From Candidatus Multivoradales bacterium (lineage in GTDB: Bacteria > Acidobacteriota > Thermoanaerobaculia > Multivoradales > J023): a stretch of 64,000 nucleotides of DNA. The notes under the pieces were generated by a model. The model had not been told where the DNA came from. It ran no database searches and saw only the letters and a list, made by a program, of their open reading frames with translations. Numbering within the stretch: position 1 is the first letter of the stretch; each line of letters starts with the position of its first letter. Below are positions 19,607 to 28,069 of the stretch, piece by piece. Made by a program: the position numbers and the translations under genes. The stretch covers positions 480,001 through 544,000 of the forward strand of contig CBDFLE010000006.1 in the NCBI GenBank assembly GCA_965248925.1. Direction: 5' to 3'.

Positions 19607-21102
19607 TTTCAGAAGAGAAGAAACAGGAGATCCTGCGCTACCACTTCGTGGAGAAATGGCGGCCGGGCACGATCAGCCGGCAGCTCGGAGTTCACTACGA
19701 GACGGTGCAGCGAGCCCTGCGGGATGCCGGGGCGCCGACGGCGATTTCGACCCGCAGCTCGATAGTTGATCCTTACCAGCCCTTCATGCACCAGACCTTG
19801 GAGAAGTTCCCGAGCCTCCCGGCGAGTCGGCTCTACCAGATGGTCAAGGAGCGCGGCTACTCAGGAGGTGAGGATCATTTCCGTCACCTGGTGGCTCGAA
19901 TAAGACCTCGTCGCAAGGCTGAGGCTTACCTGCGCCTGACCACCTTGGCTGGCGAGCAAGGGCAAGTGGATTGGGGCCATTTCGGCTCTATCAAGGTGGG
20001 AGGCGCGGAGCACAGCCTGATGGGCTTCGTTCTGGTAGCGAGCTACTCGCGTCGGATCTTCCTCCGGTTCTTCCTCAACGCGCGGATGGAGAATTTTCTG
20101 CGCGGTCATGTGGCCACCTTCGAGAGATGGCAAGGTGTCTTCAAGATCTTGCTCTACGACAATCTGAAAAGTGTGGTGCTCGAACGCCGGGGCGAGGCGA
20201 TTCGCTACAACCCCAAGTTCCAGGAATTTGCCGGCCACTACCGATTCGAGCCACGGCCAGTAGCGATCGCTCGGGGCAACGAGAAAGGACGTGTAGAGCG
20301 CGCCATTCGCTATATCCGAACTTCGTTCTTCGCCGGTCGGGAGTTCAAGGATCTCGACGATTTGAATCGTCAAGCCGAGGCATGGTGTGAGGGCTGGGCA
20401 GATCGTCGGAAATGGCATCAGGACCCCAGCAGAACGGTCAGCGAAGCCTTCGAGGACGAGAGGTCCTACCTGATCGAGCTGCCCACCGAGCCGTTTCGGA
20501 CCGAGGAGCGCGGCGAGGCTCACATTGGCAAGACGCCGTATGCACGCTTTGATCGCAACGATTACTCGGTGCCGTTCGATCGGGTGCGCCGCACTCTGAC
20601 GGTGCGCGCCAGCCTCTTAGAGGTACGCATCTTCGACGGTCACAAGGTCGTGGCGTGCCATCCCAGATCCTTCGATCGCAGCCAGCAGATCGAGAACCCC
20701 GAGCATATCCAGGAGCTTGTCGATCACAAACACCGGGCGAAGAAACATCGGGGGCTCGATCGTCTCAGGCGCGCGGCTCCAAGGTGCGAGGCGCTGTTGC
20801 AGCGACTCGCCGAGAGAGGGCTGCCTCTGGGAACCGCTACCGCAGCACTCCTGCGTTTGCTCGACCACTACGGCACCGAGGCTCTCACCTCGGCCGTCGA
20901 AGAGGCGCTCGGCAACCACTCCTGCGACGTCCAGGCCGTTCGCCTGGTGCTCGAGCGCCGTGAGCGCGAGCGTCAGGCCACGCCGATGCTTCCTCTCCGC
21001 CTACCCAAAGATCCCAGAATCCGGGATCTCGACGTGCGCCCTCATGATCTCAACGACTACGACCGTCTCAGCCGCCAGGAGGATCCTCATGACGACGACT
21101 GA
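19603..21102 (+). CDS. istA: IS21 transposase
   Basis: GEQGQVDWG, YDNLKS, KGRVER. Confidence 0.95.
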   Translation: MISEEKKQEILRYHFVEKWRPGTISRQLGVHYETVQRALRDAGAPTAISTRSSIVDPYQPFMHQTLEKFPSLPASRLYQMVKERGYSGGEDHFRHLVARIRPRRKAEAYLRLTTLAGEQGQVDWGHFGSIKVGGAEHSLMGFVLVASYSRRIFLRFFLNARMENFLRGHVATFERWQGVFKILLYDNLKSVVLERRGEAIRYNPKFQEFAGHYRFEPRPVAIARGNEKGRVERAIRYIRTSFFAGREFKDLDDLNRQAEAWCEGWADRRKWHQDPSRTVSEAFEDERSYLIELPTEPFRTEERGEAHIGKTPYARFDRNDYSVPFDRVRRTLTVRASLLEVRIFDGHKVVACHPRSFDRSQQIENPEHIQELVDHKHRAKKHRGLDRLRRAAPRCEALLQRLAERGLPLGTATAALLRLLDHYGTEALTSAVEEALGNHSCDVQAVRLVLERRERERQATPMLPLRLPKDPRIRDLDVRPHDLNDYDRLSRQEDPHDDD

Positions 21103-21853
21103 AGATCTGCTCATCCGGGCCAAGAAGCTCGGGCTGCACGGTCTGGTCGAAGATTGGAGTCAACTTCAGAACCAGCCTTGGGTGCTGCCTTTGATCGACC
21201 GAGAGGAGATAGTGCGACACCAGAGGAGCCTCGAGAGGCGAATCCGCAACGCACACATCGGCACCTTCAAGCCGATGGCCGACTTCGACTACAAGTGGCC
21301 ACGAAAGATCGATCGCCTGATGGTGGAAGACCTCTTCAACTTCCAATGGCTCGAAGAAGGAGCCAACGTCATCCTCTTCGGTCCCAACGGCGTCGGCAAG
21401 TCGATGATCGTTCAGAATCTCACCTACCAGGCCTTGTTGCGTGGCGCCACCGGACGCATGCTCACCGCCAGCGAACTGCTCAACGACCTCGCGGCACAAG
21501 AGAGTTCCAGGGCTCTGCAGCGGCGCCTGGCCCTCTACACCCGGCCCGATCTGCTGGCCATTGACGAGCTAGGCTACCTGTCCTACGACCATCGCCACGC
21601 CGACCTCCTCTTCGAGGTGGTAAGCCGGAGGTATCAGAAGAAATCTATTCTGCTGACCACCAACAAACCCTTCTCCGAGTGGCAGAGCGTCTTCGCCTCG
21701 GCCACCTGCGTGGTCACCCTTGTCGATCGGCTCGTACATCACGCCGAGATCGTCACCATCGAAGGCGACTCCTATCGGCGCAAAGAAGCAGAAGAGGAAA
21801 AGAAACGGCGAGCACAAGACCGCGCGCGGCGGCGAAAGGCGAAGGTGTCATGA
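21089..21853 (+). CDS. istB: IS21 helper ATPase
   Basis: GPNGVGKS, LAIDELGY, DRLVHH, GDSYR. Confidence 0.95.
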   Translation: MTTTEDLLIRAKKLGLHGLVEDWSQLQNQPWVLPLIDREEIVRHQRSLERRIRNAHIGTFKPMADFDYKWPRKIDRLMVEDLFNFQWLEEGANVILFGPNGVGKSMIVQNLTYQALLRGATGRMLTASELLNDLAAQESSRALQRRLALYTRPDLLAIDELGYLSYDHRHADLLFEVVSRRYQKKSILLTTNKPFSEWQSVFASATCVVTLVDRLVHHAEIVTIEGDSYRRKEAEEEKKRRAQDRARRRKAKVS

Positions 21854-22191
21854 GCAAGTGCGACTACGTCCAGGCGATTCTCAGAGCTTACCTTGAGCAG
21901 CAGGAGACCCCTGCTCAGGCAAGACCCACTGACCGCGTACTCGCTCTTGATCTCTACCAGCAGCAAGTCTCCATCGATCAGATCAGAGCAGCCATTCTCC
22001 TCGCAGCCGGTCGACGAATCCAGCGATCTCCAGAGGCACCCAAGCTAGCCAAGATCCGATCCCTCGCCTACTTTGCGCCGGTGATTCGAGAACTCGATGG
22101 CCTTGAAGACATCGAGGGGTATCTCAAGTATCTCCAAAGCACCGCTCGGCGCGAGCAGGGGCTGCACACCGGCTCGGATTACACCGAATAG
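21850..22191 (+). CDS. IS21-internal hypothetical ORF
   Basis: ATGA coupling to istB; ends inside the right IR region. Confidence 0.65.
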   Translation: MSKCDYVQAILRAYLEQQETPAQARPTDRVLALDLYQQQVSIDQIRAAILLAAGRRIQRSPEAPKLAKIRSLAYFAPVIRELDGLEDIEGYLKYLQSTARREQGLHTGSDYTE

Positions 22192-23021
22192 ATACGTTCT
22201 TGCTCAGCCGCTAACATGGGGTCGAGGTACTCCGCGTAGTGGTGGTAGGCACGGAGCTTCTCGGCGACCTCGCGTGGACTCTCCGACCCGCGATCAGCCT
22301 CGAGGCAGTAGAGGCGGCTTACCGGACTTCCCATTGAATTCTGGTTCAGTGCGAAAACGAGATCCGGTCGGATGCGGAGCGGCTTGTCGAAGCCAGCGAC
22401 GTCCAGATTCTCTTGGCTCACAAATCGCTCGACGTGCTTCTTCTGGCGGACATCACCAACGGCATGCGTATGGTAGAAGGGCATCCCGAGAGGCGGTAAA
22501 TCGACGAGCTGGATCGCGCTCTTTCTGATGGACTCGGCGACAGTCACGGCGCACTCGCTGACCATGAGCGCGTGGTGGATCTGGCGAAGGGATTGGGCAC
22601 TACCGGCAGGGCGATAGAGCCGTTGTTGTTCGATACCGTAGCGATCACGAAGCGCCGGAAGGGCGGGCTCGTCCAGGAAGTAGATCCGCTCCCGTGTTTC
22701 CAGCAGAGTGTCGCCGGTGATGTACCCCTTCTGCCAGAGTCGCCGTAGGCGCTTGCGGACGTTGTGCAGCGACGAAACGCGGTCTTCTTCCGGCTGGTAG
22801 TAGCCAGCTCTGCGCAGCTGACCGAGGGTGAGAACGCGCAGCATCCAGAGCCAGCGGAACAGCTCGTGATCCGTATCGGTGAGGACCAGCCCTGGTGGTC
22901 TTCGGCTTCCTGATGAGGTGTGGTTTTCCATCGTCGTGCGTACATCCCTGGGGAATCGTTACCAGGCGGCGCTCGCCGATGGCCGATGCGGAGCAAGCTC
23001 CAACTTCGGCGTCCTTCGATG

Positions 23022-23258
23022 CTACTCATGACCGGGATCCGAGGTCGAGGAACGAAGGAGACTCTCGACCCAACTCTCCAGATCTTCTGGTCGGTAGCGC
23101 ACTGCCCGTGCCGATATTTTGACATACCTCGGGCCTCGACCCTGGTATCTCCATGCCTGCAATGCGCGGCGCGTAAGGTTCAGATAGGCAGCGGCATCAA
23201 CCTCTGTCAGGAGGGGGGATCTCGCGGTCAGTTTCCTGGTCTGGCTGTGTCTGTTCAT
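23022..23258 (-). CDS. AlpA/excisionase-like HTH protein
   Basis: LLTEVDAAAYLNLTRRALQAWRYQGRGPRYVK...VRYRPEDL. Confidence 0.9.
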   Translation of the reverse strand: MNRHSQTRKLTARSPLLTEVDAAAYLNLTRRALQAWRYQGRGPRYVKISARAVRYRPEDLESWVESLLRSSTSDPGHE

Positions 23259-23446
23259 GGCTCTGTTGCTCCCTTCATGGCGTGTCTTCCAGATCGTTCG
23301 GCATCGTTGCTCGGCTCCAGAAAACCCTACCGAGGAAGCGCACTCCTGACAATTTACCCGTCGATCCCACCCGCATTCTGGGCGGGGTCATCGGGTAGGG
23401 GGAGCGGGTACTCACTATCGGAGTAAGCCGTTTGTTTGCTTCATCT

Positions 23447-23464
23447 TAAGAATCTCAAGATTCT
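23447..23464. promoter_or_regulatory. Palindromic operator candidate
   Basis: AGAATCT-CA-AGATTCT inverted repeat upstream of the HTH/Replic_Relax unit. Confidence 0.45.
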
Positions 23465-23628
23465 TCTCTAGACACACCGCCGATGCGCAGCAGAATACGG
23501 ATTCCATTAAACGAGCTGAAAATGGCGCTCGCAAGATTCACCAAATCGAGGCGGTCCGCCGCGTCAGCGTCAGGATGGTGGCCGGTGGGGAGGACGGTGG
23601 ATTCAGTCAGCAGCTGTGAGCGCGAGCA

Positions 23629-23668
23629 AGAAAAAAGGCCCCACTCCGCACGAGTGCGAGGCAGGGCC
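23629..23668 (-). terminator. Intrinsic terminator after the MTase
   Basis: GGCCCTGCCTCGCAC...GTGCGGAGTGGGGCC followed by TTTTTTCTT on the minus strand. Confidence 0.7.
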
Positions 23669-23676
23669 AGATCTCG

Positions 23677-24351
23677 CTAGAGCCGCGCCAGTCGCCGAGA
23701 AGCGATGAGGTGGTACTCCTCGTCGAGTTCGATCCCGACGAAATGCCGACCGTGGCGTACAGCCGCTTCACCGGTGGAACCCGAGCCCATAAACGGATCA
23801 AGGACAACTTCCCCAGGATTCGAGAACGCCTCGATCAGAGGCTCCAGTGCCGTCAACGGCTTCTGAGTCGGATGGAGCTTGTTGCCGCTGTAGCTCCACG
23901 GCAGCACGTCGTTCAGCAGGACGTTCGGTCGCATCAGTTTTGCGGACTTCCCTGAAAACCCTGAAGATCCCGAAGAGCCTTTCGTCAAGAGGTAGGCGCA
24001 TTCATGCGTCGAGCGCACCAGCTTCCGCGCCGAAGCGTAGCCCTTGTGCCAGACGAAATGCGCGACCGGATACAGACCGGCGCTCTTCCAGGCTTCCAAG
24101 AAGAGGTCTGCCTTGTTCCAGCCGTAGAAACTGACGCAGTAGCGCCCGGACTTCAAGACGCGAGCGATCTCCTTGAAGGCAGGCGCCAGCCAGTCGGACT
24201 GGCGGTCATTGGCGATCTGGCGGCCATCGCGTGAGCGGTAATTCACCAGATAGGGCGGATCGGTGAGAACGAAATCGACCCGCTCGGCAGGAGCATTCCT
24301 GAGGATGTCGATGCAGTTGCCGTTGATGAGTTTGATTCGCAGTGGATTCAT
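23677..24351 (-). CDS. Orphan N6A/N4C DNA methyltransferase (beta class)
   Basis: TDPPY, HPTQKP, LDPFMGSGST motifs; no neighbouring endonuclease. Confidence 0.93.
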   Translation of the reverse strand: MNPLRIKLINGNCIDILRNAPAERVDFVLTDPPYLVNYRSRDGRQIANDRQSDWLAPAFKEIARVLKSGRYCVSFYGWNKADLFLEAWKSAGLYPVAHFVWHKGYASARKLVRSTHECAYLLTKGSSGSSGFSGKSAKLMRPNVLLNDVLPWSYSGNKLHPTQKPLTALEPLIEAFSNPGEVVLDPFMGSGSTGEAAVRHGRHFVGIELDEEYHLIASRRLARL

Positions 24352-24412
24352 AGGAGTGAAGAAAAAAAAGAGAGCCGATGACCGGAACCATCGACTCTTT
24401 GCTCTTGGAGGA

Positions 24413-24727
24413 TCAGATACTCAAGAGTCTGTCGCACCGAGGACACTCTCCTGCGGTGATCAACAGGGGACGCCATTGCCGACAGCACGACCAGTAGATG
24501 TACGATCGTCTGTCGCCGCCGTCTTCCCGCACAAGATCTTTAGGATCGAGATAGTCGCCACATGATGGGCACTGGATGTCAGTCACGTCAGTCTCGTCGT
24601 CATCGAGTTCGAGGCAATTGCAATCAATATGTCCGCAGCAATACGGGCAGTGCTCGCAATCGGATCCTTCCGGAAACCAGTATTCGGCTTGCAGCTGTTG
24701 GCAGTGTGGGCAGATGTAAGGGTTCAT
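24413..24727 (-). CDS. Small multi-CxxC (zinc-binding) protein
   Basis: MNPYICPHC...CEHCPYCC...CPSC...CPRC behind the repeated leader. Confidence 0.7.
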   Translation of the reverse strand: MNPYICPHCQQLQAEYWFPEGSDCEHCPYCCGHIDCNCLELDDDETDVTDIQCPSCGDYLDPKDLVREDGGDRRSYIYWSCCRQWRPLLITAGECPRCDRLLSI

Positions 24728-25057
24728 AGGATGTGAAGAAAAAAAGAGAGCCCGATGCCGAGAAGACACCAGGCTCCGCTTCGGAAGATCACCGGTCGGA
24801 ACTAGCCGCAGCATTTCGGATCGGCAGCCACGCCATCCAGTTGGGCAAGGTGACAGTCGCAGAGAAAACCGTAACAGTCTGGACACTGATACTCAGTGGT
24901 TGAGACTCCGAGGTAAGTACCGTCGGTAGTGACCGACGCATCGTCCTGCTCTTCCTTGCAATGTGGGCAGATGTAGGAATGAGAGTTCATAGGATGTGAA
25001 GAAAAAAAGAGAGCCCGATGCCGAGAAGACACCAGGCTCCGTTTCGGAGGATCACCG
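24722..25057 (-). repeat. ~73-bp near-identical leader repeat (24722-24794, 24985-25057; diverged copy ~24349-24400)
   Basis: CATAGGATGTGAAGAAAAAAAGAGAGCCCGATGCCGAGAAGACACCAGGCTCCG.TTCGGA.GATCACCG twice with 2 mismatches. Confidence 0.9.
24802..24990 (-). CDS. Small CxxC protein, N-terminus shared with the neighbour
   Basis: MNSHSYICPHC...CPDC...CDC...CC. Confidence 0.65.
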   Translation of the reverse strand: MNSHSYICPHCKEEQDDASVTTDGTYLGVSTTEYQCPDCYGFLCDCHLAQLDGVAADPKCCG

Positions 25058-25264
25058 ATCTGGCAATGCCGCATTGTCGGTCCTGGGCTCCATCAGCACG
25101 AATCGTCCATCTGGTGGCAACAGATCTAGAGAAACCGAGAGACCCTTACCGCTCTTGGTTCTCCAAGCGGCGCCGATCTTGGTCCAGTACTCATCCTTCA
25201 CATGGAAGGCGTGGTAGACCGGAGTGTTCCGGGAAGACCGAGAAGACTCTTTTGCAGAAATCAT
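25052..25264 (-). CDS. Small conserved mobile-element protein (WTKIGAAW; possible ssDNA-binding)
   Basis: YWTKIGAAWRTKSGKGLSVSLDLLPPDGRFVL. Confidence 0.75.
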   Translation of the reverse strand: MISAKESSRSSRNTPVYHAFHVKDEYWTKIGAAWRTKSGKGLSVSLDLLPPDGRFVLMEPRTDNAALPDR

Positions 25265-25306
25265 GGGAATTGGGGAAAAAGGAAAAAATGCCGACCGAGT
25301 CCAATC

Positions 25307-25540
25307 CATCGCTCGACGTCTCGATACCAGCCACAGGGGTCCGCGGGTCACGGAGGAGTCGCGGGCAGGGAGAGGAATAGCCTTGGTCGATGAAGACGCG
25401 GCGTGGCTTCGTTCCATGCTGCTAGAGAAAACATCGAAGCCGTGCCGGGACTTCACCCAAGGATCTGCTCGACTGCCCGCGAAGCTCCTTGACCCGCGGC
25501 GTATTCACCCCGGTGGCTACACTGAAGAGACCTGAGCGAT
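25307..25540. other. Long multi-arm imperfect inverted repeat (ssDNA promoter/ssi-like or structured RNA)
   Basis: Nested pairs AGCCAC/GTGGCT, CCGCGGGTCA/TGACCCGCGG, TCGCGGGCAG/CTGCCCGCGA, CCTTGG/CCAAGG, GGCTTCG/CGAAGCC. Confidence 0.75.
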
Positions 25541-25730
25541 CCCCCTCTCCCGTCCTCATCAGATCCCGACTGCCCGCAGTTACTCGCTGTCCCGGAGCAC
25601 AACTTCGCATTGTGCGAAGTTCACGGCGACAGCCGGAACTCCTTGCACAATGTCCGGTTGTGCCTGGGGCTACTGGCAGATGCGGGATGACCAGCTTGAC
25701 GCTGCCCAACGATCGTCTATCCTTCATGGC

Positions 25731-26003
25731 ATGAAGCGTCGCCACCGCACATTCCGAGTCCATGTCGAGCCCGAGCCAGCGGGTGGCTGCACGGTGACCG
25801 TGCCGGCTCTCCCCGGCTGCATCACCTGGGGCGAGTCCTACGACGATGCCGCGGAGAAAATCCGCGAGTGCATCGAAGGATTCCTCGAAGCCCTCACCAA
25901 GGCTGGTGATCCGATCCCGGCTGGCGAGCCGGTGGAGCCGCCACGGGATGCGCTGATCCAGGTGCCTCTCCCGAGTCGTGGCGAGGACAGGCTGCGATCC
26001 TGA
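25731..26003 (+). CDS. hicB: HicB-family antitoxin (orphan)
   Basis: VTVPALPGCITWGESYDDAAEKIRECI...GDPIP. Confidence 0.85.
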   Translation: MKRRHRTFRVHVEPEPAGGCTVTVPALPGCITWGESYDDAAEKIRECIEGFLEALTKAGDPIPAGEPVEPPRDALIQVPLPSRGEDRLRS

Positions 26004-26029
26004 CTCTCCCGAGTAGGACAGTCGGCGGC

Positions 26030-26335
26030 TCAGCGACGCCGCTTCCAGACTCTGGGGTGTCGAGCTTGGTGGACCACGGCAAGCACGTAGAGAACCTCGC
26101 CGCCGAGCTGTGGGCGAGTGTGGTAGAAGACCGCGTACGGGAATCGGTGCAGATTGGCCCTGCGAATGTCTCCGAGAGCGACAGGAAAGCCAGTCGGGAA
26201 ATCCACCATCTGCTCGAAGACCTGCTCCAACTCCCGCTGAAATCGGAGATCGAGATCAGAAGCGAGCTGGTCGGCGTACCACTCCCTAGTGGCGGCAACA
26301 TCCTTCTGTGCAGCCGAGCTGAGCTGGATTCGCAA
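26030..26335 (-). CDS. ParE/RelE-family toxin
   Basis: AAQKDVAATREWY...RFPYAVFY...HQARHPRVWKRR. Confidence 0.88.
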   Translation of the reverse strand: MRIQLSSAAQKDVAATREWYADQLASDLDLRFQRELEQVFEQMVDFPTGFPVALGDIRRANLHRFPYAVFYHTRPQLGGEVLYVLAVVHQARHPRVWKRRR

Positions 26336-26338
26336 GCG

Positions 26339-26569
26339 TCACGAACCAGTTGGCCAGATTTCCGCCTTGACCTGCTCCCACGGCTTACCGGGATCATTCT
26401 TGCTCTCTTCGAGGCGCTGTTCGAGCAAGTCTCTCTGCCATTGCGGCAGAGAGATGGCGTCAGGATAGGCGTTGGGATCCGCTACGCTCGCCCACAGGTC
26501 TTCAGCAAGGGCAAGCCGTTCTGCCTCTGGGAGTTCGAGAGCTTGGGTCGTTACTTCGGTCTTGGTCAT
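26339..26569 (-). CDS. Addiction-module antitoxin
   Basis: ALELPEAERLALAEDLWAS...LPQWQRDLLEQR...PWEQVK; homologous to 6406-6627. Confidence 0.88.
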   Translation of the reverse strand: MTKTEVTTQALELPEAERLALAEDLWASVADPNAYPDAISLPQWQRDLLEQRLEESKNDPGKPWEQVKAEIWPTGS

Positions 26570-26644
26570 AGCTTCAGTGTATTCCAGTGCGAAGGAAATG
26601 CAAGGCGGCTCCAATCGGCAAGACCGGAGCCGCCTTCATCGTTG

Positions 26645-26872
26645 TTAGGTCGACTCCTTCGGGAGCGTCCGGATCCGTAGCTCTCCGGGAGAGGTCTCGA
26701 CGACGAATCTACGCCCTACTTCGAAGCCCAGCTGCGACAGCCATTTACCGGAAAGCCGAAGACAGGGCCGCGCCACCTCTCCGCGGTAGAGATAATGCAC
26801 CTTGGCCGTCCTGCGGTTGTCCCCTTCGACAGACTGAAGAATTCCAGTACCGGAGGTCGGTTGCTGGCTCAT
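26645..26872 (-). CDS. SymE-family type I toxin-like protein
   Basis: PCLRLSGKWLSQLGFEVGRRFVVETSPGELRI. Confidence 0.8.
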   Translation of the reverse strand: MSQQPTSGTGILQSVEGDNRRTAKVHYLYRGEVARPCLRLSGKWLSQLGFEVGRRFVVETSPGELRIRTLPKEST

Positions 26873-27489
26873 GAGCCCGTCTCCGTGGCAGGGGCCGTTG
26901 GTGTCCCGTTGCCGATCGTCTCCCGGAACCGGAGCTGCCCGTCCTGAATCTCGCCGATCGCCACTTCGATCTGAAGCCGGCCGAACCGCGTGCCCGTGCA
27001 GAGGTGGATTTCAGGCGGCTCAGCAGTTGTCGAATCATCGATCTGGTGCTCCAGGCCTACTTCGGCAACGTGCAGGAACTCCCGCACCGCGACCAGGATC
27101 GAGACACAGGTTCCTGGCAGCATCTGCGCTGCCAAGATACTGGGTGCAGACGAAGCCGGCGTGAGGATGTCCCTGATTCCAGAGGCTGCGACGAGCAAGC
27201 CGCGTAGAGCCTGCTGCATGCGGAGTTGGAGTACGGGATCGGCGGGACGGGTGTCCCCGAGCCCGAGTGCCGGGTCGTCGAGATCCCCGACCAGGGTGGG
27301 CAGACGATCGAACTCGATGGAGTCCAGTGCCTGTCGGCACCCTGAGGAGGTGTCACCCCCGCCTCTGTCAGGAGACAATGTAGGACCGAGGGCGGTGAAG
27401 TTTGCCCTCGTACCGGCAGCGACTTCGGAAAGTTCTCTCAGGACCCGACTTTGGTCCTCAGGAAGAGTAGAATTCGGCTGGTCACTCAT
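26869..27489 (-). CDS. Hypothetical protein coupled to the SymE-like gene
   Basis: GGAGG SD before ATG 27489; ATGA overlap with the SymE-like ORF. Confidence 0.6.
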   Translation of the reverse strand: MSDQPNSTLPEDQSRVLRELSEVAAGTRANFTALGPTLSPDRGGGDTSSGCRQALDSIEFDRLPTLVGDLDDPALGLGDTRPADPVLQLRMQQALRGLLVAASGIRDILTPASSAPSILAAQMLPGTCVSILVAVREFLHVAEVGLEHQIDDSTTAEPPEIHLCTGTRFGRLQIEVAIGEIQDGQLRFRETIGNGTPTAPATETGS

Positions 27490-27649
27490 GGTGCTAATCC
27501 TCCACGGGTGGCTAGGCTCGGCGAGGTGTGACAGCACTCCGTCGGGCCGCTATTGTTTGCGGGGCATCTTCGCCCCATGTTCAAGTCACCATACCAAGCT
27601 GCACGCATACATGCAAGCGTGCACGCCGCTTAGGCTATCCTTAGGACTC

Positions 27650-27841
27650 ATGGCGAAACGGAAGACTGGACCTCGAGGAGGCAGCACGACCGTCACCGCT
27701 GGCGGAATGCTCAAGAAGACGATCTACCTCGATACCGAGGAGTGGGAAGCTCTGCGCCAAAAGAGCTTCGAAGAGAATCGGCCGATCTCGGAGATTGTCC
27801 GAGAGTTAATCAGGAACGGGCTTGAGCTGGATGAGAGCTGA
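27650..27841 (+). CDS. Ribbon-helix-helix (CopG-like) regulator
   Basis: KKTIYLDTEEWEALRQKSFEENRPISEIVRELI; TGCA-type repeats at 27600-27627. Confidence 0.8.
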   Translation: MAKRKTGPRGGSTTVTAGGMLKKTIYLDTEEWEALRQKSFEENRPISEIVRELIRNGLELDES

Positions 27842-28069
27842 TCGAAGAAACTAGGGTGATTGGAGATCGTAGCCGGAGAAGAGCTGAGCAGGACCATCGA
27901 GGATGGGCAGCGCCGCAGCCCTTCCCAATGAGCTTCCGCTTCCACGGCTGCCGTGCTGGTCTTACAGTGAGACGACTCTCTTCCTGTCTTTGTCTTCCCA
28001 AAAAAACTGCGCTCTCTTCCTCACCTGCTGGCACGTCTTCTTGGTTCGCCTTGGCGCTGGCTTCTGGGC

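Larger units (their letters stand above)
18911..22216 (+). mobile_element. IS21-family element with four ORFs
   Basis: Ends TGTTAGCGGCT / AGCCGCTAACA; 5-bp TSD TGGGG (18906-18910, 22217-22221). Confidence 0.95.
18661..22931 (-). pseudogene. Replication-relaxation (Replic_Relax)-like protein split by IS21
   Basis: N-terminal wHTH (LTDTDHELFRWL..RLRRL), HHALMV, RPD, CLEADRGSE; rejoining the flanks gives ...EYLDP/NDSSRFLWQRYGDMRDFRVLLVT. Confidence 0.85.

Noticed and set aside
23677-24351. Restriction-modification system
   Set aside because: No endonuclease nearby; context fits an orphan protective MTase
24349-25057. Leader repeats as CRISPR repeats or integron attC sites
   Set aside because: Too long, the intervening DNA is ORFs, no cas genes, no RYYYAAC/GTTRRRY ends, and no IntI-type insertion recognised in the recombinases
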